A stretch of 62,574 bases of DNA, filler included, from Platydemus manokwari (lineage: Eukaryota): the NCBI GenBank assembly GCA_037951405.1. It is 6 parts of 6 records of this genome, joined end to end, with 100 filler letters (N's around TTAATTAATTAA, not from the genome) between each part and the next. Parts side by side here need not be neighbours in the genome. Positions count along the whole stretch, not along the records: positions 23,622 to 33,277 come from JBBMOY011221543.1; positions 33,378 to 43,570 come from JBBMOY011159549.1; 4 more parts are not named here. The stretch is one strand, 5' to 3'. Of the stretch, positions 26,801-40,092 are shown one piece after another. The position numbers and the translations under genes are program-made. The notes beneath the pieces are model-generated. The model was not told the origin of the DNA. It saw only the letters and a program-made list of their open reading frames with translations, and searched no databases. Numbering within the stretch: the stretch's first letter is position 1; every line of letters starts with the position of its first letter.

Positions 26801-27145
26801 CGAACTACTTACTATCCAGTTACGAGAATTTTTAACTTTAGATTTCAAATTTTCTTGACTCTTTGTATCATTGACATAGTTTTCCTTTAATCGAAACATT
26901 TGAACATTATAGTACCAGAAATTTATCGGCAAGGTTTCAGTTCCCCACAAGCCGCCAGAAAATCCGTATTGGTTCTGTCGAAGAATAGGGTCTGTCAATT
27001 CTTTCAGTAAACGCAAACCAAATATTTGATTGAATGCATCTTCTTTTCCCAGATATTTCAGATATTCTTCAAATAATTTGATTCCATTACTCGATAAAGA
27101 ATCGTCCAACAATGTGAAGAAAGAAAAAACAAGAAAATAATTCAT
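23817..27145 (-). CDS. Type-I membrane protein with signal peptide, several EGF-like repeats, one thrombospondin type-1 repeat, TM helix and cytoplasmic tail (606 aa); exons 27145-26471, 26403-26290, 25235-25130, 25081-24792, 24734-24546, 24307-24044, 23999-23817
   Basis: Seven exons join in frame. Hydrophobic N-terminus; EGF-like Cys patterns (CSCLQGFKW, CICKSGFMAFDC, CGCAPPF, CQCDLDFKGEEC); TSP1 motif WSTWSNWTSC...CG....QRIRYC; TM WLIITLVSISYLILVVVISSILTLF followed by basic residues. Confidence 0.9.
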
Positions 27146-28011
27146 AAAAGCAATGGATTAAATCATTAAGCCATTTATACAAATCAATAAATATACATTG
27201 CAAATGTTGTAAGAAATTATTATTTTGAAATCAGTTGAAGATGAAAGTTGTTATCCAGTTATTTTATAGATTTACCTTGATTCTTTTAAATATTAATCAA
27301 TATATTTTCTTTCGGTTATCAGCTACCATTATTAACTTAATAAAAACTATAATTAAAATAACTTGAATAGAACATTAAAATATATTTTGAGAATACATAT
27401 TCATGGTTTGAGTCTTTCACGTGTGGGTTATAACGAATTTTTTTGTCAAATTCCGTTTATTTAATGACAGCATTGTCTAGCATTGTTGAGTCATTCTCAA
27501 CAGCATGTAAGATTTATTTTTATAATTTGGTGTCAAGATATTAGAAATTCTAAACTTCTTATTCGATAGTCGATAATCAGAAACACACAAACATACACAC
27601 ATTGAAATAACAAATCAAAAAGCGATTATAACAATACTGCCATTGGATTACAAATTCTCAATCACACAAACATACAAATTGGCACACCTACAAGTTCACA
27701 ACAAATAATCGAAATTCCACAAAATGAATATAACGTAGGTAAATCATTTAAAATCAACTGTCGCATCATTAAGTAGCAGTTTGGCGCTCTCAGTCAAATA
27801 TTGTTTGATGATTATTTAATCTTTTTTTCTGTAATTGATTATCCTGAGCAACTTCTTTAGCTTTTTCAATTCAAATGAAAGCCAACTCGAGGGGTAAAAA
27901 CTAAATTTATTAAATATAATATCATTTATAATGAAAATTTAATAAAATTTGACTTTAAAATAACTCAAAGTGAAAATTGTTTAGAATAAATCTGTCAATG
28001 CGTGTCGATAA

Positions 28012-28683
28012 TTATTTGGCATTATCTCTGATATTATCTAGAAATGTCCCATCTTTCTTCACTCCTTTATCCAATTTCTTCTTTTCCTCATCCATTGCTT
28101 TCTTAAGTAATTGTTCACGTTCAGCTGTTGTTAATCTGCGATTTAATGGATCTTCAACATTTTGAATCGCAGGAATATCTTTCTCACTGATTTTGAGAGT
28201 TTCCGACAGAAATTTTACGATCTCTTTCTGGCCATTATGTGCAGCAGTAGTGATTGGACTATTACCGAATTTATCATTAGTATTCAACTTTGCTCCACTG
28301 TTATGAAGGAATTGGATACATTGAAGATGTCCTATTCTAGCACAGAGATGAGCTCCATGGAGATTATCTGGAACTGTTAATAGATTTAAATCGGCCTTGG
28401 CCATTTTCAGAGCTATGAGAACATCTAAATATCCAAACTCGCAAGCGATATGAATTGGTGCATAACCAGTACTGGATATTGTGTTCAATAAATCAAGTTC
28501 ATTTTTCTGGATCCATTGTATAACTCCACTTGTTCCTGATTCGGCAGCGATATGCGCAATTGAATATCCACGGCCATCTCGTGCCATTACATATTGTTTA
28601 CCAAGATTTAATATACTTCTTAAATCATCCAAATTGCCTTTTTTCGCTGCTTCAAACAGCGTCACCTCGGATTGATTGGCCAT
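28012..28683 (-). CDS. Ankyrin-repeat protein (~5 repeats plus charged C-terminal helix), 223 aa
   Basis: LFEAAKKGNL, GYSIAHIAAESG, GYAPIHIACEFGYLDVL, GAHLCARIGHLQCIQFL, GNSPITTAAHNGQKEIVKFL. Intact ORF; a further 3' exon is not excluded. Confidence 0.92.
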   Translation of the reverse strand: MANQSEVTLFEAAKKGNLDDLRSILNLGKQYVMARDGRGYSIAHIAAESGTSGVIQWIQKNELDLLNTISSTGYAPIHIACEFGYLDVLIALKMAKADLNLLTVPDNLHGAHLCARIGHLQCIQFLHNSGAKLNTNDKFGNSPITTAAHNGQKEIVKFLSETLKISEKDIPAIQNVEDPLNRRLTTAEREQLLKKAMDEEKKKLDKGVKKDGTFLDNIRDNAK

Positions 28684-30180
28684 ATGTGATTAATTAAATT
28701 GCAAATTATTAATTTTCAATATTTTGTTACCAAGGCAATTTTGATAAATAAATAATTGATTTGAATTTTAATAAATTCAACATTTTGATATCAATGTGTT
28801 ATTTGAAGAAGTGATTAAGGATTTAGAATAAGAAAACTATAAATAATTTGAATTTATCGACAGGATTTATCAATCGAGTTGTATTGGAAAAAATTAAATG
28901 CAAACATATATAAAAACTACTCAAATCGAATTCATACTTTTTCTGTAATGGCAATAAATTGTAGAAAGTCAAATTTGTAGAAATTATATCAAATTTCAGC
29001 TTGAATTTTCTGCCATATAGTTTTTCTTTATTGTTGTAGCTTCGGATTATTAATATGGATCGCTCATTCTGTATTATGTTGGTTATTTGGGTGGTTGTGA
29101 GATTAAAATATGATATTTCAAAATAAAAGTTCTTTCTTAAAAGAAAATACAATCACAAATTTGAAATAATGGAAATATTCTTAAATGAAAAATTGATAAC
29201 TATTTTCAGAAGATCATGATCTACTCATTTTTTAAGGGATCTTATGCATGATCCAACATTTTCATTCCTATTCTCTACTAATACATTAATTATTAGAAAG
29301 TGAAAGCCTATAAGTTGCAGTTTTGAAGTTTTGCTTAAGGCCATCATAAATTTTTTCAATTGGATTAAGCTAAGACAGTCTGTTCCTCATAAAATATTAT
29401 CAAGAGGAGTCATGAATAATAAAAATATAAAAAGAAAAACCAAGTAAATGTGTATTTTAGAGTAAGAAAAAGTAAAACGAAAACAGTTCATCAAACATCA
29501 AATTCCAGTCAAAATTATGGGCGTTAAAGTTGTTATCCAAGCTAACATACACAACTAGAAACATACACGATGGTTTTAGATTCTCTTATATAAAATATGG
29601 TAGATAACAATTTCAGATTCAAGGATTTAAATCAAAACAAAGATATATCAATTTATTTAGCTCATTAATGTAAAATGTGGAAATGAATTACAATAAATGT
29701 GATATAATTTTTTCAAACTTTACTTGAACTATAAATTCAATTATTGCAAAAATAGTAATTCTAATGATCATTGTAATACGCCACGTTTATATTTTAAGTT
29801 TAAAAATGTCGAAATGCTCAAAATTTATAACAACATTTTTAAAAAATTTATTTTATCGTTAGATTTTTTAATTATTTTTATTTAAATTTCATGTTTACTT
29901 AATTATCGTTATGATCGTTATGATCCAAGTCATAAAGTAAAATTTTAGTAATCCATTGCAAATTATCAAAAATAAACAACCACACGAATACAGTTATTTC
30001 TTTTGAAATTTATGCTTAAATTTATATTTAAATTTTTCTGTATGTTTTTGTACTTAATAATGATCAAGTGATGGCATTAATTAAAAAAATCTATTAGCAT
30101 AAACCGACAACAATAAATCGTTAAATAATTTTCTATAATTTATAAATCTATAAAAATCGTTTTAAAATGATTTGTATCTG

Positions 30181-32195
30181 ATGGTGTTACAAATAAAGCG
30201 CGATTTTCGACCTTGTGTGGTCGATCAAAAATGTCTGGCTAAAAATATTATTTATTTTTCATTCTTGATCCCGTTGCATCATCAAATTGTTTATGATTTT
30301 GTTATTGGTTGTGCTACTGGTCAAAGTTGTTTCGTTGCAATTGAAAAACGATCGAAATGTCTAGTTTGGGCTTCTATTCCATATGATACAGTTCTTTCCA
30401 GTTATTGTTTATTTGAAATCATTATTGATCGATCAAAAGGTGGAACGTTTACCGGCTGTCAGAATATTCTCGATCAACTGTTTCGATCAGTGCAAATCAC
30501 CACCAAATACACACTCAACCGATTGCCGTATGTGATCGAGAAATGTCCGCCTAAAAAGCGACGATCTGGATTTATCAGTACTTTGAAGAAATTATTCAAT
30601 GTGTCGAGTTTCTGCAATATTGTCACAGAAGATATTGAAAAATTGAAATTGGAAGAATCTGATAAACTGAAAAATGCAATTTTTGTAAATGATGGAAAAA
30701 TGCCAAAATGGGCTGAACGTATGTTCAATACGAAAAATGTACGTGAAAGATGCGCTAAAAAGGATCCATTATCTGAATATACCATTGAAATGAAAGCTGT
30801 TGATTTAACGTATGCTCAGAAGACAACAGTACAAAATGAATTGAAAAATTATCAGACTTATTATGCCGTGGAAAATACTGTTAAGAATATTTTTACTCCC
30901 ACATTGGACGACGATGCTCAACTTGTTTTAATAGATATTGACATGGGGCCGGTAAGATTTATTATAAATTGTTTTACGATGATTGGTGATAGCCTGAAAT
31001 ATTTATTTACAAGTCAATAGATGATTTGAAATCTTATATATTTTTTAATTTCTTCGTGGAATTTAAATATATGTCTATATTTATTGGTACATTAATATTC
31101 TTGATTACACACCTTATGGAACATAATATAAAATACATAGGTAATAAATAAGAAATTCAAATTCATCTTTCTTTCATTCAGGATCAATTCGTTGGCAGCC
31201 GACACAGTATCAAATCTTGGCGGAAAGCTTCTCTTTTATCAGTTGGACAAACCAATACTCCAAATGCATTTGATGCCCTAATCATTACTGATGGCCCCAA
31301 AGATCCAATAAATAATAAAGCCATATTCACCGATGATGTCAAAAGTAGATCTTTTACCATATTGAAAGAAGAAGCTGCAGAGTTGGCCTTTTTAAGTCCT
31401 ACAACGAATATTAATCAGGAAATAAATCGTAATGATTCCGATGATGAAGTCGAAAGTATTGCAGATCAAGGTGCACCAGGTTTGGCCTCCCAATTACCAC
31501 CAATGGATCCCATGAATATGTCCCATTATACACCAACTGTCACCATACATCCAGATGAAAAACAAGAAAAATCAGAATTCGAACAAACAAAGTCAACATC
31601 AATCTCAAATCAACCTAAAAAAAATCTCACAGCAATGATAGATGATGACAATATTGAGATTCCTGACCTGACTTCGGTTAGATTAAGTGGTATCGACACT
31701 AAATTACGAGAATCGGATTTAGTGGTCAAATTGAGCTCGAGGGCTATGATGGATATAGCATCAAATTTGCATCAGTGCGGTCTTATTAAAGGTGAAAGAG
31801 TGACACCTAAGCTAGACTATCATGTATTCAGCAAATTTACTGCTCAGAGAACCTCTATCGATACAAAGTTGTATTCCGTACATGACGGAGACTTTGCAAA
31901 CGCTGTCACTAATTCAGTGACCAATAAAGAAACGAGTTTGTCTCAGTTTTCTAATTTGTGTTCATCAACAAGTAATACCGAAAGATTTATGAGTCCACAA
32001 CTTGTAACAAGTATGGAACACATTGAAATGCGCGATCAACTCTGGACTCCAGTACCAATTAGTGAACACGATCTCCTCTCAAACACCAATAACACTTTTA
32101 ATTGTCAAGACTACCAAATGGAATGTCGAATGTCAGATTGGAAAAGACGATTACGTCAGACGATGGAGAAATATATGGCAGAACAATTATTTTAA
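30181..32195 (+). CDS. Uncharacterised ~594-aa protein; exons 30181-30951, 31182-32195
   Basis: Two long ORFs are joined in frame by a 230-nt intron (CCG|GTAAGA...TTCAG|GAT). Contains an NLS-like PPKKRR. No family recognised; start codon tentative. Confidence 0.8.
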
Positions 32196-32587
32196 TATTT
32201 TTTTTAATTTAAATATTATTAGTGAAACTCAATTTTGAGTTATCGATTTTTTGAAATTTAATAAATATCATATTAATTTGATTTGTGCTACTACTGGCTC
32301 ATCAATGGTTTAATAAATGAGATTTTGATTTGATTTTGAGTTGATTATTTCATATTTCATATTATTTATTGAGTTTACATTTATTTGTCGATAAAGATGT
32401 TTGAATAAAAGATTAATTTTATTATACACAATCAGAATTGCATACGATTGCTCCTTCATATGAGATATTGGAGAAATCAGGTAAAAATGTTTAAAAATGT
32501 AAAAAAAAGGAAAATTAGATGGTATGCCACCACAGACTGGTTATTTTCATTTTTAGGACTTCCACTCACAGTAATAATCGTTGAAAT

Positions 32588-32933
32588 CAGTGGTCATCAC
32601 ACCTTTTTTGTTGCGGGACTAAAATAAAAGCAATAAAGTAATTTTTTTTTAATAAAAAACATTTATTAACACCAATAAATTAAATATATTTAATAATAAC
32701 AACGATTTTGCGTATTTTGGTATAAAACATCAAATCTTGGTTCTGTTTCGGTGATGACTGGTCTCAGTAGTAACTCCAGATCTTTAAAATTCAATCGATG
32801 TTATAGTAAGTGTTGAATATGATTTTTCACGCAAATACGTAGAAGCAAAAGGAAGAAGAGGAATTTTCTTGGCATCCTCAAAATTTTTTCGTGACCCACC
32901 GGTGGGTCGTGCATTCCCTTTTGAAGAACACTG
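32588..32933 (-). mobile_element. Internally deleted hAT (Buster/Charlie-like) element retaining the transposase C-terminus
   Basis: TIRs CAGTGGTCATCAC.../...TTGAAGAACACTG. TSD gttgaaat/gtttaaat (7/8). Subterminal palindrome gtgacccaccggtgggtc. Minus-strand peptides LLPFASTYLREKSYSTL and LELLLRPVITETEPRFD match the hAT dimerisation domain. Confidence 0.85.
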
Positions 32934-33194
32934 GTTTAAATCATTATTATATTTATTTATTGTTTTCGCCTTTATTTAATTAAATTATTATATAATAATG
33001 GTTCACTGATTGCCAACCATATAAAATAGTAACATAAATATACCAAAGATAATTTCTGTCAAAATATTTATTCATGTTGAGCAATTCTTTTGGAGTTCCA
33101 TTTGAACTTATTTCACATTTGAAGGAACTTCGTTCGTTAAATTCTTCTAATACCTTTTTAAAATCAAAATTTTCTATGTAATATTAATGTTGTA

Positions 33195-33277
33195 TACCAG
33201 GTTGAGTCAAAAGTTATTCATGTTTTTATGCAGGTATTTTATTAACACAAATTGTTATAACACTGAACATATTATTC
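33195..33277 (+). mobile_element. Possible Tc1/mariner terminal inverted repeat at contig end
   Basis: TA followed by CCAGGTTGAGTCAAAAGTT resembles Tc1/mariner TIR starts. Truncated by the gap. Confidence 0.35.
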
Positions 33278-33377
33278 NNNNNNNNNNNNNNNNNNNNNNN
33301 NNNNNNNNNNNNNNNNNNNNNTTAATTAATTAANNNNNNNNNNNNNNNNNNNNNNNNNNNNNNNNNNNNNNNNNNNN
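33278..33377. other. Artificial assembly linker
   Basis: N44-TTAATTAATTAA-N44. Confidence 0.97.
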
Positions 33378-36300
33378 CACGAAAGAGCTCGTTTCAAAGG
33401 TATTCGATGGATTACCAGCGGTTTCCGAGCAAAGTCAAGTGAGTTGTTGCTGTTGAAATAAATATCACAATTAAATCGTAAACATAAAACATCACATTTC
33501 CAAAAGCAAATTTATTCGGTGTTTATTTAGGATTGTTTCTCGAATACTTATCGAAAAAATACTACATACGTCGATTGTATTAGTCTATCTTAATGATATT
33601 CTTTATTATATTCTTTATTTTGTATTAAAAAAATTTCTATTAGGGAAACGTTTAAAATTATCTGTATATCTGTGCTGGGAAAATTATTCTTTTCAGAATA
33701 AATCATAATATCCGGGACCTCCTCATTGTTAATGATGCTGCGTTGTTTCTCCGATTTGCTTTTAGTTTGTTGGTCAATTAGGAGATTTTCTGTTTCATAA
33801 ATTCCATATGAAAAATAGCTTGAAATAGTTGATTTTGATTTAAATTATTTTATTTTTTTACCAAACCATTACCAGACCAATTAGATTATTAGAATTTGAT
33901 TTGAATCTATCGGTTTTGTTTACTTGTACTTTGGTGAATTTTTATGATAGTCAATCGTGTGAATCTTATGAAACGATAAGGTCGTGTATAGTGTTAATGT
34001 TTGCAAAGCTGTGGTATGTTCACACCTCTTTTGGTGATATTTAACTTTTAGTGGACTTCTATAACGGCTACATTAAAGATACTCTTTCAAATTTATCGAT
34101 GAATCATAATTCTATAAAAACATTCTAGTGAAATGGTGATAATATGAATAACAATTACTGTAATGGGTGTGCTTATGTGGAACAAATATATCTATTTCTA
34201 TTTTGTTCAAGTAACGTAATTAAATAAATAAACATGTGGTGTTTGTTTAAATAATTGATTGGCAGTTGATTGTAGTTTTTCAAATAAATATTATGACGGA
34301 ATGTGCTTATAACTTAACTGTTCATATGATGAAATGCTCACAAGTTTTAAATGTGATTGAAATAAATGTTGATTCATGACTCTATTTGATACTTTTGTGT
34401 AACGAAATATTAAACCAATTAATCGTTAAATTAAATCATCAAACCCCGGTAACTCTAACAAAATTAATTAAGTATTTTAAATTTACTTGAAAAAATGTCT
34501 AAGTAGAAATTAAAATACTAAATACTGTATTCATAGCGTGTAATTTATAAGTGTCCATCTCTAACACTAAAATCAAACAACAAAACACAATATAATTTAT
34601 ATTCACATATTTATACTCATTGATATTAATTATTTATTATTCACTGATTAATGTGCTTTATTTCTAATTTCTTATTAATCAGTTGCATTACTACAATATG
34701 GCGGAAGCAGCTGGTGATGTTCAATTTTCGCTTGAGGATAAAGTGTTTATATTTAGACATTCAATGGTGTACCCAAGTAGTTCCAACAACGCTCAACGAT
34801 CTTGAAGAAGCAATTTCACAAGAATTAATAAACATCAATCAAGAAATCGTCCGTAAATGTTATTCAAGCTTCAGGAAACGATGCAATGTCTGTTTGGAGC
34901 AAGATGATGAACATTTTGAACAGTTGCTATGAAATTGCTTATTATTTACCGTGATTTGTTCTTACTGTTATTGTGTTTTGTTGTGCATTAAAGTAACCCA
35001 ATGCATTTAGTTTGTTTTTATGGTTGTTTTATTTTAGATTTAGAGACGAGCACTCATGAATCGCATGATATTTTTTAAAAACTATTTAATGCCAAAATTA
35101 AATTTATCTTTAAAATTAGTTTAATATTTCAATAACGTGTACCTTTTTTCAAAATCTTATTTAATTCAAAGACAGCTACAACCAACAATAATGATCAATA
35201 TCAAATTGTAACGAGAATAACATAATAATTCTATCTAAATAAATATCTAAAATACATATCGATAAACACCTCTTTGTCAATAATTTCTAGAATCGAACTA
35301 ATTAAGATCTTGATTTAGGTTTTATTTTATTTATCTACTATTATCCCGTGAAAAAAAATATTTTAAAATATCTGAAATGTGCTCAAATAATAAAAAATAG
35401 CGTTATTTCAAAGATGAGTATCAATTAATTACGATCTTTTCTCAAGCTATGTAATAAAAATCTTGTTCATAATGATGTTGCCGTTCTTCTTTCGGATTTC
35501 TGTCTTTTAATCACGACTACAATAAATTTGTATAATTCAATCCATAAATAAGTAATTGCAGTTGAACTCGGTATGTCGTTTATTTTATTAGATCGTTAAT
35601 ATTTCTCAAGAATCGCAACCGCGAATTGTAATTTGTTATGAATCAATGTCACAAATCAATCTCACAAAAAAGCATGCCCGAAGCCAGTTGTCAGTGAAAG
35701 TATTTTTGGGCATTATTAACTTCAACTTGATATATATTTATGGGGAATACAAGAACAATTCAAAAGAATCCAAAATCTTAATCAATAGCAAACTAGACAG
35801 GCTTTTTAATTTTTCACTGGCTTATCCATAACAATAATAAAATAAGAGTTGTCTTTGTGTGTGTGTGTATGCCTGTGTGAGTGTATGCCTGTGTGAGTTT
35901 GTTTGTTTTGGTCAGAAATTCAGACCATTACATATTACATCCAATATTCTATCAACATTTTTAGATTTCGGCTCTCAATAACAGTTACTTCAAACTACAA
36001 ATGATATCATTTCCAAAGGAAAATCTTAATTGGGGTGGCTTTGTGTTAAAATTTCTTTGGGAGAAAATTTTAGCTAATTATTGACCGAAGATTATCAATG
36101 TTGAGATTTATCTGTGGGATTTTCCACAAATCAAACTCATAAATTTGAGTTTTATTTCTATATTTCGCTGAACAACGATTTGAGTAGTCGTTAATTATCA
36201 ATATTATCGGTGATATGAACTACTATACTGTGATAGAATAAATCTTTATTAAATATTTGACAACCACTGCTCTAAATATTCTAAGATTTCTACTTAAAAG

Positions 36301-39300
36301 AAATTTTTCGACACTTCTCTCTCTGTGTGGTGATAGATGATTGTTAAAATTGCTTCTTTCAATAGTCGAGACGGGATTTAATAATTTGATTTAAGAATAA
36401 TGCAAACCACTCCACTAATATTTCAAGAATATTAAACGAAACAAAAAATTCTTTTCAACTCAATACATACCAAAAATATCATTTGGTTCTGTACGGAATG
36501 GTAGTGAATCAAGTGGTAATAAACTGTTCGTTACTTCAGTGTTTTATTGGAATTTAAATATACCACCATTGTTCCACCAGTTCTTTGATAATTTATCAAT
36601 ATTAACCATAATATTTTGCCCTTGTCTAATACTATTTCCATTATGGATTTATTCTGACCATACTAGACGGTTAAGAATAGATAATTGGACTTTCCACCCC
36701 TCATGTGATAACTAACAGATAATTAGGTACGTTAAGGAGTTATAAATAATGATATAATAAATAATGTGATAACCTCATGCAAGGTACGACAAATCGACAC
36801 ATGTGTCATGAATAATGTTAAAAGAAAGAAGTGTTGTGATCTGAAGGCAATGGAAATTAAAAAATAGTCAGGGATAACTAAGTGTCACTCTTTATGGATA
36901 TAAAACTATTGAAGATTGGATTTTAGGTTCTACTAAATTCCTTTTGGACTTTGTGGAATAATTATTTAAAAGTCGGTAGCCAATATCCTACCAATATTGA
37001 TTTCAAGAAATGAAAATGTCAATGATTTACAATGTTTTATGAATTCCGACAATGAAATAACTGATCCGATTATGTAAGAATGAATTCGTCAACGAATAAT
37101 TGAATATGAGTTCAAATACTACCTTGTAGAACGTCTTCACTCAACGTTCACGAATTTGTTTTGGAATTATTTCGCATAAAATGATGTATGATGCTAGCTA
37201 ATATACTATTTTTCAATGGCTTTAATGAGTCGTTTCTGATCTTTGTCTTAATGATTTAGCGTGTTGTCGTGGTAACCCATCTCGTTGGCACAGTGACGTG
37301 TTATTATATTTAAATATCCATCGTTAAGTATTACATCTCCATTACAAAATTTGAAATTCTGCATATAATTGTGAATATCAATATATCCTGTACTCAGTTG
37401 GCTTCGGTTGCCTGGTAACCAACACTTTTAAATATAATTTTTAAAAAATTCGTTCTAAAATTAGAAACATTGGCTATCGAATAATTAACTCATTAAATAA
37501 AATGCCAGAAAATTAAAATAATAAATGAAAAATTATTTAATTTTCAAAGGAACAAACACTTTTCGAGTTACATTACGAAGTCAGATATTATTGATAGAGC
37601 TGCATTTAATCAGTGTTTTATCCCGATAAGAGCTTTGATGTTAAACTCGACGAACAAATATCTAATCTCTAGGAATTTTCAATTCAATTTAATTTCAAAA
37701 ATTCCATCTTTTTTCCAATTATTGATGTCTTGATTTTTTTAATTATAAAAATTTCCGAATTTTGCGGATTACATTTTTAAAATCGATGAAAAATTAATCC
37801 GACCATCAAATAATGAATTTCGGTTGAAATTGTTTTCCTAGTGGTCTGAATTTATAATTTATATTTATCAGAATCGTTGGTGTTTGTTCGGCTTGGAAAC
37901 AATTCGCGTCGAAGCGAATTCTTCGTAATCCAACACATTTAAAGCTGAACGAAGGAGAATTAATGGTGAATCAGTTATCGATTTTAGGCATCAATTATTC
38001 ATATTTATACCGGATTATTTTCTTTTGATGTTTATAAATAAAATATATCGAAACTAAAAATAACTAAAAAGAGTTGTAAAAATTCCTCGTGGTTAAAATT
38101 TTATATCGATTCTTTTTGGTTATATTGTTGTTATTTCCAACCATCATTTGGCGCAATTCAGTGGTTTATTGTTGTTGGGTCTCGTCGCAAATGTTTTTGA
38201 TAGAAATGAAATGGTATGACTGTGAGAATTATTAAATTTTTAAAGATTTTATTCAAATTTTATAAAAAATTGTTTTTTATTTGTTTTGATAATTTTCATT
38301 TAATTAGATAATTTTTGATGTTCGTTTTCAATGAGTGATTTATAAAGTAATGGCGGCTTACATGATGACCACTCAGCTGGATTCGATTCTCAGACGATCA
38401 AAGACGGCATATTATAGAATAGATGGGGGCGGATACTGAGACTATATTGAGAATATATCGAAAATACATAATTACGTTCATCAAATCATTAAATAATACG
38501 ATAAAAGTACACCCAGAAATGACATATGATTTATCAAGACCAATCTATATTTTAAAGTTCAATTCCGTGATGATAATTTTCTCGTGAAAAGGCATTTTCA
38601 ACGATTTAATTTCTTCACAACTTAATGAACCATAACGAATATTGGTGTGGATAAAAAATTGAAATACGAAATCTATCGAATGATGAAATGAATTTCTTCA
38701 AATAAAATTTTTCAGTAAGAATCAATATATTTTTCTCCTTTGGCAAATTCAACAAAGCAATTAAAATTATATTCGCAAATAAGTTCTCAACGAATGGAAG
38801 ATTTCCCATTATTTGTAATCATCCGTGATATCTCATACGCAGTCATCCGTTTGAGTTCATCAAAACTCGATATTAATTGATTTCTGGAAAAATTAGAATG
38901 CAATCGATATATGTTCCGTTTTGTCCAATGATTTTGATATAAACTGATTATCGGAATCATTAATTATGCGCTTGCGTTTTGTTTTTCAATTTGATTTCGA
39001 TATTTTCGTGGCTAATGGGAACTAGAGCTATTCAGTGGAATTTCTACGAAATTCTAATATCGACAAATTCGTCCATTACCATGACAACGATGGTGAAATA
39101 TTTATCAGAAATTACTTCTTAAACAAACAATCCAATCCGAATTTTGTTTTATTGATACTATGGGTTTTTTTGTAAGTTCAATTGTTAAGAATATTTGTTT
39201 AAATCGAGTGTTTTTGATTTGGATTGGTTTGTTTTATGGATTTGCTAATATCAGGCGGGTATTTGGTTTGGGGAATATATCTCAACTCATTGACAATTCC

Positions 39301-40092
39301 ATAATTCCATTATCAATACAAATTAAAACTCAAAATTTCATAACGAATCGATGTCGAATACGATTGCACACCGTGTGATGTTTTGATCTCGTTGATTTTT
39401 AGCTTAGCGGGTTGTCATTGTGGAAAAAAAATAGAATAAAAATATGAGTATTTAGGATAATTGAATTTTGAGGGGATTTCGATGAATTGTATTTCGCTCA
39501 TTGGTCTGAATAAATGATAGATGCAGCAGCGGCAGAATTATTGATCTTAAATCAAGCTTATTTTTAGAATGTATTGTCTGTTGTCTGAAAACTTTATAAT
39601 TAGGATATTGATTATATGATAATTCGTTCCATTAATCTAAATAAGAATTCGAACTTAATGAGTTATCGTTATGATGATTATGGTATTTCCACAGACGGAT
39701 TACAGATCCACATTGAGAAAAAATGCCGATGTTTTAGCCATCATGTTACAGATTCATTAAAATCTGCAAAAATTATTGATTTACATCATTTTTAGCTTTT
39801 CGCTATTGAATCCACTATACATATAAAGTAAAAATATTATCACATGATAGCTCATAATAATAAATTCTATTTTTATCTTGATGAACTCTGTTAATATTCA
39901 GCAACCCGTTGAAATCAGAATCCCTGTGACTCAAGGAGTGGCTGGAAGAGTGGCGATAACTGGTAAATTATAGGATAATATAACTTTTATTAAGATGCGT
40001 AATCATTCAGGTGAAATGCTAAACATTGTTGATGCTTACAGCCATCCTTTGTTTTATCGTGGCGTAGATGAAGAGACTGGTTTCAAAACGAG
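33378..40092 (+). CDS. PDE2: cGMP-stimulated phosphodiesterase PDE2-like, internal GAF-B exons only: 33378-33438, 39902-39962, 40011-40092
   Basis: [20 protein letters not shown]|[21 protein letters not shown]|[27 protein letters not shown] aligns with recalled PDE2A ELVAKVFDG...[45 protein letters not shown]. Junctions are GT-AG and phase-compatible (introns 6.46 kb and 48 nt). Confidence 0.88.
34533..35070 (+). mobile_element. Internally deleted Tc1/mariner-superfamily element with degenerate TIRs
   Basis: [49 protein letters not shown] is a typical transposase C-terminus. Left end gtgtaatttataagtgtccatctctaacactaaaat matches the reverse complement of the right end, atgcgattcatgagtgctcgtctctaaatctaaaat. 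Confidence 0.72.

Noticed and set aside
27977-30785. Short ORF-track entries antisense to real genes, and other 60-100-aa Phe/Ile/Leu/Lys-rich ORFs across the window
   Set aside because: Shadow ORFs or chance products of AT-rich low-complexity DNA, many with non-ATG starts.
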